DNA of 61,788 nucleotides, filler included, from Dugesia japonica (lineage: Eukaryota): assembly GCA_001938525.1 (NCBI GenBank). It is 6 parts of 6 records of this genome, joined end to end, with 100 filler letters (N's around TTAATTAATTAA, not from the genome) between each part and the next. Parts side by side here need not be neighbours in the genome. Positions count along the whole stretch, not along the records: positions 51,729 to 61,788 come from MQRL01607579.1; 5 more parts are not named here. One strand, 5' to 3'. The notes under the pieces are model-generated. The model made no database searches. It was not told the origin of the DNA and was given only the letters and a program-made list of their open reading frames with translations. Numbering within the stretch: the stretch's first letter is position 1; every line of letters begins with the position of its first letter. The position numbers were made by a program, and so were the translations under genes. Shown here piece after piece: positions 51,953 through 61,788 of the stretch.

Positions 51953-52320
51953 GAAAACTTATGTTCTTATTTATCTAAACTCTTTTGTCAACATTATTTG
52001 TTAGAATTACTTTTGAACCTATGAAATTTGATTGCTGATGATGTTTTGTCCATATCCTAAATTGATTCACAAAAACCTTTTGATTGTTACAATCTGGATA
52101 GTACTGTTGTGTATGTCAATAACATTCAGTGTTATTCCCTTAGTTTTCGCGCTAGCTTTTTCGTAAGGAAGACTCTAACATGTTGATCTTAGTAATATCA
52201 ATTCTTTATTATCTTCTTCTTTACTTTCATCTTTAAACTTTCCAACCACTGAATTCAGGTCCATATTGTATGATGATGTGTCAAGCAGCTAATACTTTAT
52301 CATTAGCACTGCTATTTTTT
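51953..52320 (-). pseudogene. polB: Polinton pPolB C-terminal fragment
   Basis: LLDTSSY..LNSVVGKFKDESK...KTKGITL...VFVNQF...VDKR, homologous to 23032-23457. Confidence 0.8.
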
Positions 52321-52689
52321 CAGATTAACATAATAAAGCTGGAAAAACTACTAGGGCTAATGGTAAAGTATTAGCTGTTTGACACATCATTTTGTGATTG
52401 CATTCAACAATTTGCATGCGATAGAAAGAATAAATGCACATATGAATTTGCTGTAGCATATTTGATGTAGCTTAATTGAATAATATCCTGACTAATCATG
52501 TCATTGAACTCTTTTTTATTTGACTGAGGACCACTCCTCCTAATTTGCAAACTCTTTGATTTACTGGTGCACCGTAATTTTGATTCTTAGACACGTTTGA
52601 TGTTTGTGCACATAATACAGTTGTCTCTAAATAATGCAATTGTTGTAATAGTCTACCAATAATTTGAAATTTGAAAAAAAATTGATAAG

Positions 52690-52950
52690 TTGACGTACAT
52701 CGTTTCAGATATTCATTGCTGCATGTTATAGTAGCACCAGAAAGTTGTTTGTCTGTGACACTGAAATCACCGCTTTTAAAGCGCCCAAACCAAAATGCGC
52801 AAATATGGCGTTTATGCTTGATTCTTTTGTTAACTAAATTCCAATTTTATATTTCATTTAAAAATTTATTGTAAATTGGAATATTAAAACAATTGCATTA
52901 CTTATATAATATAATAAAAAACTTGGACTATTTATTTGTAAACCTAATAT
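52690..52950 (-). mobile_element. mariner fragment (TIR + HTH)
   Basis: TATTAGGTTTACAAATAA terminus; CAFWFGRFKSGDFSVTDKQLSG. Confidence 0.75.
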
Positions 52951-54652
52951 TTAAAATATTTTTTACATTTCGACTTGAAATTTATCTTCCAAACTTCTTT
53001 TCTCATTTAGAATAAAAATAATTCTTCTAAAAATCTATAATATAAATAAATATTTTATTTACAATTTTAACAAATTCATTTTCAATNNNNNNNNNNNNNN
53101 NNNNNNNNNNNNNNNNNNNNNNNNNNNNNNNNNNNNNNNNNNNNNNNNNNNNNNNNNNNNNNNNNNNNNNNNNNNNNNNNNNNNNNNNNNNNNNNNNNNN
53201 NNNNNNNNNNNNNNNNNNNNNNNNNNNNNNNNNNNNNNNNNNNNNNNNNNNNNNNNNNNNNNNNNNNNNNNNNNNNNNNNNNNNNNNNNNNNNNNNNNNN
53301 NNNNNNNNNNNNNNNNNNNNNNNNTAATTAAAATTATCTTACAATTATTTCACATTTTAATTAACAAACAATTGAATAATTAAATAGTCAAATAGTTTAA
53401 AGATTTAATTATTTTTAATTGACAAATCAAATCTTTTAATTATTTTTATCATAAAATGGTTGTTGCAGATTTCATTATTGATAATAACTTTGTATTCATA
53501 ATTCTGTTGGTGAATTATAATATATTAATGAAATCGTTTGATTAATTTGCATCGTGATATATATCATATATTATAATTATATCATATACATAGCTCGTTT
53601 TAGTTTTTTATCATTATTAAATTCATCAATTATCATAATAAAAACAAAATAATACATTACATTCAATAAAACAAAGAGAATGCTCATGCATCACTCAAGC
53701 TTTGCTAATGTAATAATTAATTGGAATTGTACGCCAAATGTTTTTAATAAATTGCTATCAAATTTAAATGAATAAAACAAAATCTGAATAATTTAATCTG
53801 TTCTACAAAAATACAAAAATAATCAATGCTTATTGTCCGTAAAATATAATGTCAAATTACCAAATCAATATTTTTCCTCCCTGTCAAGAGAGGGTATTAC
53901 GTTGTTATAGAATTCAACTGCGCAATAACCGATTAACTTTTTCAGTATTAAACTTTTCCTACGGAATTTATTGACACAAAATTTTAAGTTATTTGAGTTA
54001 TTTGCGTACAGAGCTTTGAGCACTAAAATCTGAAATAGTTTTTTCACCACAAAACCTAATTTATTTCATCGAGGATTAACTTTGACGATTTTAAGTTAAC
54101 GTATTTGGAAGCAACGTAAAGTTTTCTATTACAAAGATACTTTGTTGAGAAATTTTGAGACGAAAACATTTTTCTTAAAATTTTGTGTAAAATATTGGAA
54201 CATTTTAAAACAAATGTTTGTAAAAATCTTTGAAATCTGAGATATAAAAAATATTGTTCAAATATTTGGGATATTCATGCGTATTCCAATCAAAAATTGA
54301 TTTAAAAAATTAAAAGTTTTCATATTATATAAACAACATAAGTTGTTCACCTGGATTCCTATAAAAAATCCCATAAAAATATTTTTGCTACGTAAAAAGC
54401 CGAAAAAAGTTTCACAACTAAATACATAGGAAAATTTAAAAACTGTTAATAAATTTCGACAATAAATTTATCCAATTGCATAATTTATGTGCAAAATATT
54501 TTCCTAACTAAATACTCAGGGAAAATTTAAAAACAGTAACGTAATATTAACTAATATGATGTCATTTTTAAATTATCAACTAAAAACAGTAAGATTAGGT
54601 TTCATGCCATCAGTAATCCTGAGGGCTATCGAATATATCCTGTTACAGTCCG

Positions 54653-54668
54653 GCACTATCTATCTACT
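54653..54668 (-). repeat. Polinton-like right terminus
   Basis: Reverse complement AGTAGATAGATAGTGC. Confidence 0.5.
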
Positions 54669-55734
54669 TCATAGGTATCCTTCTGGTTTGTAATGTTAAA
54701 AATAAGTATGTTAATTAGGAAATATTTCATGACGATATTGACTACTGGAGTCATGCTGTTCAACCCGGATTGGTTTCTAGATTATGTTAACTAAATTTTA
54801 TATAATAAGATGTTAGTTTACAATGATCTTATCACATTACTATATTAAATAAAAGCAATATTATAAAAAATAAATATTATAATAAAACGACATTTTACTT
54901 AAATGGTCGCCAAACTAAGCGCAGCAGTATTCTCCAGAGCCGGGAGATAATTTCAACATTAGATACCTATTTATAAAGTAGTAAATATAAAGGACAAATA
55001 CAAATTCATTTTACAATGTTCATAATCTGATATGACACCAAACTATAAACTATAATATATGTATATCTGCTTAAACATATAGAAATTATATAACTTATAA
55101 TAACAGACTGTCGTACTCAAAAAGACTCTTTAGACTGTTTCAATATCGAATGATTATTGATGACGAAATGGAGTGACTAGGAACCGTCCCTGAATGGCTT
55201 GAAATGTTTAATGAGTTCCGGGAAGTAACGAAAAAAAAATAATAGGAATGACATAACTAACCAATAAATTTAAAACTTGCATATTAATAGATGAATATTT
55301 TGATATGAGATGCCAGGAACTAAAACTTTCGACTGGATCACACAAAAATTACTCTACATCAGTTAAAAATTTACTTTAGTCGACCTCAACGACTAAATTA
55401 TCAACCAAATTCACATTAACCAACCAAAACACGACCTCATCCGACTTCACAGAAAAATTTCTTAACTTAAAAGCTTGAAAAATATTACTGCTTAAAAAGC
55501 CTTAAATTTAAAAATAATTCGAAAAGTTTTTCAAAATACGATTAAACGTCATATGAATTTTGCACATAAATTTTGCTCGCCAGCTAAAAAAGCCTGAAAA
55601 ATTTCAAAACAGTTAATCATTAACTTAATCATTAAAAAATTTCTAAAAAGGGGGAATGTTAGGTAATTTTAAATATTTACAAATATTTTTAAAATTTAAC
55701 GCAATGTAATTATATTAAATTTTTTAATGTAAAT

Positions 55735-56910
55735 AGTAGATAGATATGAGCGCTCTGGCATTTTTAAACTCAGAATTAAAATCTGAACAAATTTCTTATA
55801 TAATTTGCTTTATGAATATTTTTAGTTTTCAAGATAAAGGTATGAGCGCACTGGCACTGTAACCTTGATCCATGAATTTGTCGACCGATACTTATCCGAT
55901 AGGTGTAGAAATGATAGCATTCAATTCAAAATATAATTCTGAACATATTTTGTATTGGGTTTGCTGAAAAAATATGCTTGGTTCCAAAGATAGAAAATTC
56001 CCGGTTACTATGTCTAGCCTTGGATAGAAAATTATCTTTTCAGGAATATACTTCGAATAGTCAAACCAATTTGGTATTGTTAAACTCAGAATTTATAACT
56101 AAACATATTTCCCATAAGGCGTGTTGTAATGGTTCTTAAAATAATATATAATTATATAACTAATGAGTTCTCTAAATAAAAATGGTTCTTTCTAATAGTT
56201 TTATCTCATGTGTTAATTTTAATTCATTTTCATAAAATTTCAAAATTTTACATTTATTTTAAATTCATGATTTTTCCATTAAATGACAAATTTTAATGAT
56301 TTTTATGATACAAATTTGATTAACTTTTTAAAATAAGCGTTAAAATTTTTACAAACTATTTACATTAAAAAAAAACTGAAAAAACTAAAATAATTTTTTT
56401 CGAGAAATGCTAATGATTATCAAACAAATTTTATATTGATGAACTCAGAATTAAACACTGAACATTTTCTACATAGGGTTCGCCATATGAATATTTTTAA
56501 TTTACAAGATTAAGCTAGTGCAGCACTGGAACACTTTGACTTGTTCTTTAAATTTCTCAACCAATATTTGTCGTATCCCTCTACAAATGGCAGCATCTGA
56601 TTGAAAATATAAATCTAAACATATTTTGTATAGGGTTTGTTGTGTAAATTTGTTTAGTTCAAAAGATAAAAAATTACACGATACTATGCCCCACCTTAAA
56701 TAAAAGAAATTATTTACTCTGGAAATACTTATGATAAGCAAACAGATTTAGTGTCATTGAACTCAAAATAAAAGTCTGAACATATTTCATATAGGTTATG
56801 CTGTATTAAAATGCTTCGTTCAAGAAATAATATATATAATTATATAATTAATTATAATCAAAATAATAATAATTTATAAAATAAATTTATATAGTTTAAC
56901 TCAGAATTTA
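55735..56910 (+). mobile_element. Polinton-like left terminus with ~160-bp subterminal repeats
   Basis: AGTAGATAGATATGAGCGC start; AACTCAGAATT...CTGAACATATTT-like block recurs near 55767, 55925, 56082, 56442, 56605 and 56760. Confidence 0.55.
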
Positions 56911-56971
56911 AAAACTATCTATAATGGCTTAAAAAATAAAAATTACCACTAATACTTATTAATATGAAAAT

Positions 56972-57244
56972 TGAGTAAATAAGTAACTGAGTAAGTTATA
57001 TTCTATTGAGTAAATTAGTAATGGGGTAACTGAGTAAGTTATATTCTATTGAGAAAATAAGTAAATGAGTAATTTATACATATTACTAAGTAACTCAGTT
57101 ATTTACTCAATAATAATTATAATAATATTTTTAATTTACTTAATGGAATATAATTCACTCAGTAGAATATAATTTACTCAGTAGAATAAAATTTACTCAA
57201 TAGAATAAACTTTACTTCGTAAAATAGAATTTACTCAATGGTAT
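56972..57244. repeat. Foldback minisatellite (GAGTAAGTTATATTCTATT units facing AGTAGAATATAATTTACTC units)
   Basis: 19-bp units in opposite orientation on either side of about 57090. Confidence 0.7.
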
Positions 57245-57594
57245 NNNNNNNNNNNNNNNNNNNNNNNNNNNNNNNNNNNNNNNNNNNNNNNNNNNNNNNN
57301 NNNNNNNNNNNNNNNNNNNNNNNNNNNNNNNNNNNNNNNNNNNNNNNNNNNNNNNNNNNNNNNNNNNNNNNNNNNNNNNNNNNNNNNNNNNNNNNNNNNN
57401 NNNNNNNNNNNNNNNNNNNNNNNNNNNNNNNNNNNNNNNNNNNNNNNNNNNNNNNNNNNNNNNNNNNNNNNNNNNNNNNNNNNNNNNNNNNNNNNNNNNN
57501 NNNNNNNNNNNNNNNNATTTGCATTAAAATAAAGCATTGTAGTTTCAATAACAAAAAATGTAATTTTTTAACTACCTATCATATTGGAACCAAT

Positions 57595-58140
57595 TAAAAC
57601 TGTTGTACGTTCTTGCTCTTCTTACCAGTTAAATAACATCCACCCTTAAATGATAATGTCTTATTTTGTAACAATCTCCAATAAAGCCGGCTTTATTTAC
57701 ATTGATAAGATCATCAGGTAAAAACTCCTTTAAATCATCTTGTAACTTGGTATATTGCCAAATATTAGGTTCTCTCATATTGATTGCACCAGCTTTGCAT
57801 TTCTTTGTCTTAAATACAATCGAATTCTGCTGCAAAAGATTTCGCAACCATCANATACTTGCTTGAATGTCAGTAACACTCTATTCAACAGATAGTTATT
57901 TATACTTTTCCTGCAAAAGTTGTCCATTAATTTTGACTTCTTAATTGCTTAATCCAAATTAAAATAACATTTTCTACAACGCCTTATTTAGATATCTTCA
58001 ACATGCTATATTTTGTTTCAATTTCATCATCAATAGCAGCTTTATCGATTCTTTAGATTTAAGAATTCCGATTATTGTCATTCCTGGAATATTGATCATT
58101 TTCTCATTTAATGATATTTGAAATCTTTCTTGCTTTGAAA
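57595..58140 (-). pseudogene. Tigger/pogo (CENP-B HTH + DDE) transposase remnant
   Basis: WIKQLRS, INGQLLQEK, WLRN, DDLINVNKAGF (cf. NxDETGL), ERTTVL. Confidence 0.7.
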
Positions 58141-58699
58141 AAAATTAAAAAGGTTTGAATTAATTNGAAATAAAATTATTGTATTGAACTTATTCGATAT
58201 AAATATTTTCAATTGAAAATTTAGGCAGGGGGATTGAAACAAAATTAACAAGTGATTTATTATTTATTTATATTTTGGCGAATACACTTATTTATTGCAT
58301 GAAAAATTATGTTATTAATTTTCAAAATTGTTACAATATGGAGATGTAATATAAAGGAAAAGTATAATTTTTCAAAATGTGTCTTAATATCGATGTTCGT
58401 CAGTAAATAAAAAAAATTAAAATGTTAAATCAATTTAATATTGTTTTATTTATAAAATGAAAATCATCATTCAATTTAAAAACGAACTTAGTATTTAAGA
58501 ACACAAATTTACCAATATCATTTACTGATAATAGTCAGTAGAATACTATCGGCAAATAATAAATTAAACGCGATTCCTTTATTAACTGAATTTTAGTTCA
58601 ATATTTTTGCAAACAACAAAATCTAAATCGATATTAAATTATTCTTTGAAGAAATATCATCAAAAAGTAAGCATACAAAATAAACTAGTTCAATCGAAT

Positions 58700-58950
58700 G
58701 TTAAAAATATCGAAATATTAATACTAATAAAAAAAGGCTTTTGTTTTTCAAAAAATTAAAAGAACGTCATTTAATAAAATATTTATTTGGAATTACATTT
58801 TCTTCGACACTCAACAATATTACTATTTCCATTATTTCGAATATGCTCTTGTACTTTGATGGACATATGACGCAAACTGTCTCCAATGTGTGTGATGTTA
58901 CACCCATTACATTTAAATTGATAGACTATAACAGGACACAAGCCTAAAGG
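58700..58950 (-). pseudogene. Penelope GIY-YIG endonuclease fragment
   Basis: IVYQFKCNGCNITHIGDSLRHMSIKVQEHIRNNGNSNIVE, homologous to 12060-12160. Confidence 0.8.
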
Positions 58951-59315
58951 GGTTATATAAAATATTTATAACTTGATAAGATATGTCATAAGTATGTTAA
59001 ATAATATAGTTAATTTCGTCGAAAGAGTTTTTATGAAATCTGATTATCAAGGTGTAATACAAAACGTTTTCTGAATAAATTTTAAATTGGTTTAATAATA
59101 TATTTTCAGCACTCTTACTATGATTACCGATACAATTATGCTTTTGAATTCTTGTACAAAGATGACGCATTGTGCATCATTGAAAAGTTTAAATTAATAT
59201 TATGCAACAATAAAAAAAACAATTATTAATTAAATATGCTAAATATATTAATTATTAGAATAACTTTATTTTTAAATATGTTATAATTTTTATTTCATTT
59301 AAATTTCGACTCATG

Positions 59316-59793
59316 AGTAGGTAGATAGTGGCGCACAGTATCAACCCTCCCCCTCAAGGTCAAATTTTTTCAAGTTCACTAATACAGTATACTTCATTCT
59401 GATTGGTCCGTGATCTAATATACTCAATTCTGAATGGCTAAAAATTTGAATATCGAATTCTGATTTGTCGAAATATTTTCAAGGTCAAAGTGATAAAGTA
59501 TCCTACGATCTGATTGGTCGAAGTAGTTCAAGGTCAAAGGGATACAATAACCTGCGATCTAATTGGTCAAAGCATTTCAAGGACAAAATGTTACAGTATC
59601 CTGTTCTTTTCTTGACCCAAAAGTCAAAGTGATATAGTATCGTGCGATCTGATTAGTTGAAATGTTTCAAGGTCAAAGTGATATAGTATCGATCGATCTG
59701 ATTAGTCGAAATGTTTCAAAGTCATCTGATAGACTTAATATTTAAATCCCCCTGGCATACTTAATATTTAAATTTCCCCCGCAAAATTATTAT
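59316..59793 (+). mobile_element. Polinton left TIR with 49-bp tandem repeats
   Basis: AGTAGGTAGATAGTGGCGCACAGTATCA; TCAAGGTCAAAG...GATCTGATTGG-like units at 59479, 59528, 59577, about 59619, 59667 and 59716. Confidence 0.8.
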
Positions 59794-61652
59794 TGTTGGG
59801 CTGGAACAGCAAAATTACTCGAGGTAAATAAGGAATAGAGAGTAGGAAAATTGGATAAAATGACAAAGAATAGACACGAAATTGATGAACTGGACCAGAA
59901 ATATTATCAAGAGAATTGTTATAATAATTATTATGTAATTATTATTATTATAAATGTTATGAGTATATTATAAAATAACGAAAATCAAAATTGGGCAGGA
60001 AAGACCCAAATTTTATGTTAAAAAACTGAAAATAATATCAGAAGAAAGGAAAAGAATAATTATTAATAAAAATAATTATTATTATAATTACAACTGGTCC
60101 AGTCATCAGTCCTTGTCTAGCTGATGAAAAATAACACGAAAATAATCAGCAGATGAGCTGAATTATCCCCTGCTAAACAAGGACTTTCTCTTAGTAATAA
60201 GCAAAGGTCACACGAGGTGACTGAGAAATAAATATCAGTGCAAAAAGTTGGTGTGCACAAATTATGGATGACACAATGAAGAGAGAAGCCGGTACACCAA
60301 CTGCACTAATCATCTAATCGGATTGAGTGAAAATTGCAGATAATTGGCCGGCTAATGAGAAGTTGTATCTGGAAAGAGAAAAGTCGAATAAAAGGGAATA
60401 CCCTTTTAAAAATCGGCAGAGTTTTTGTTAAAATTTTTAAACGGCTAATTATTAGTTTTTTTTGGAAAATTTAAAGAAGGATAATTACTAGTTGAAAACA
60501 GTTTATTCACACAGAAAATTTTGCTCAATAATATTTTGCGAAACGACACTTTTGGAGAAATCAGATCGATCAATTGGAAAAGAAAAACACAATCGAAGTA
60601 AAAATTCTTTATATTTTTCATTAGTAATAATTATCATAATCGAGTGCCATTCTCAGAAATTGCCTCCACATGAATGACCAGGCTCTTGGAAAATATCCAA
60701 ATATTATATGAGAAGTAAAGTTGGGGTAATGACACTTAAGTCAGCCGGACGAATTAAGCGAAAAGTTATAAAGATGTGAGCATGATAGACGCAAGTTAAG
60801 TGANTGTATTTTACATGTGGATATGAGAGATATCGGGGCAGAAAAGAAGCCAATATGCTGATAATGATAAGCTTGGAAGGAAAAGAGAGGTGGACTTGGT
60901 TGCAATTTTGTAGAGATTATGCGAATGTTCAAAAGAGGAACAGTGGAAGAGCTCTGTCAGTCATGTGTAGTTGGATAACTATGACTTTGCAGATTTTACA
61001 AAATGTGTTATGCTCGTTTCGCTATGGTTACTTTTATTTTGGTTTTCTTTTATTAATTATAAAGCTTTAGTAAAATAAATTATATCTATTTAAAGAATTT
61101 TTTAGTTATATTTTTCTCGTTACAGTTAATTTTCCTTTGATTCTTTGCTTTGGAAACGTTATTAAATTTTATATTAATAAGTTATCTTTTATGCAATCTG
61201 AGGAATTTTCAGCACTGTACGAGAGAGTGCAATGTTCCTGTCACTACGAAATGAGAATCTCCGCCATCCATCGAAGCTATGAATACGACTGTGGATTTAG
61301 ACGCCGATGGAGAGTAGTTTTTCGGTTTCAATAAATATGGTTAATTGGAAATGGAATGTTTTTATTTTTTTTTCTGTTCACTAAATGATATTTGATAAAG
61401 GTGAAATTAAAAAATAAGATGATTTAACACTGAGCAAATAAAGATATTTTACTGTGGGGTTCAGTAATCCTGTAAATAAGACGCGATACCGAAAAGTCGC
61501 GCTGAACCCGTGGATAGAGAGGGGCACATCACAGAGATTTGCAAACGCTTGAGGTTTTTCGGTTGCCCCTAGACTAAGTGACAGTTTATTAAAAGTGAAT
61601 GAGAGTGAAGAGAATTTTTAAGTTAAAAAATAAAAATCCTAAAAACCCAAAA
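59794..61652 (+). mobile_element. Solo LTR, family A, inserted into the Polinton TIR
   Basis: TGTTGGGCTGGAACA...CCTAAAAACCCAAAA; flanks TTAT/ATAT (3/4 match); homologous to 37250-38894. Confidence 0.8.
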
Positions 61653-61788
61653 ATATTAATATATTTTTTTTTTGTTTAAATTTTTTTTGGTTTAAATGTT
61701 TGAGTTTACTTTTTTTTTATAAATAAGATAAGGCTTCGATCAAAACAAAACAAAATTTATTTGTAAAAAAAAGTTCAAATTTTCGACA

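Noticed and set aside
12510-57597. ORFs made mostly of X, antisense shadows (10636-10887, 18405-18665) and repeat-derived ORFs (36791-36991, 47495-47773)
   Set aside because: Artefacts of N gaps, opposite-strand coding or low complexity.
59479-59730. CRISPR-like array (also 46600-47168)
   Set aside because: Whole units are repeated with no unique spacers, there are no cas genes, and the context is eukaryotic.

Overview
Very AT-rich eukaryotic repeat DNA. A planarian/flatworm origin is inferred from composition, 34-49 nt introns and the element repertoire, but is not proven. The window is not contiguous: six pieces of about 9-11 kb are joined by artificial 100-nt spacers (44 N + TTAATTAATTAA + 44 N). 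It is mostly decayed mobile DNA: (1) Polinton/Maverick (adintovirus-like) remnants with pPolB, adenain-type protease, major and minor capsid fragments and six AGTAG-type termini; (2) Gypsy gag-protease and RT-RNaseH fragments; (3) two families of unusually long TGTTGGG...CCCAACA solo-LTR-like elements (1.4 to 4.3 kb, 4-bp TSDs), several carrying coiled-coil coding exons inside the LTR, with conserved structured 3' ends; (4) Penelope-like RT and GIY-YIG fragments with minimal hammerhead ribozymes, one in a 175-bp palindrome; (5) hAT, piggyBac, pogo/Tigger and mariner relics; (6) a few candidate host exons, including an AN1 zinc finger. The most novel-looking signals are the gene-carrying giant LTRs with covarying RNA structure, short spliceosomal introns in Polinton genes including the core protease, and an intact/inactivated hammerhead pair.
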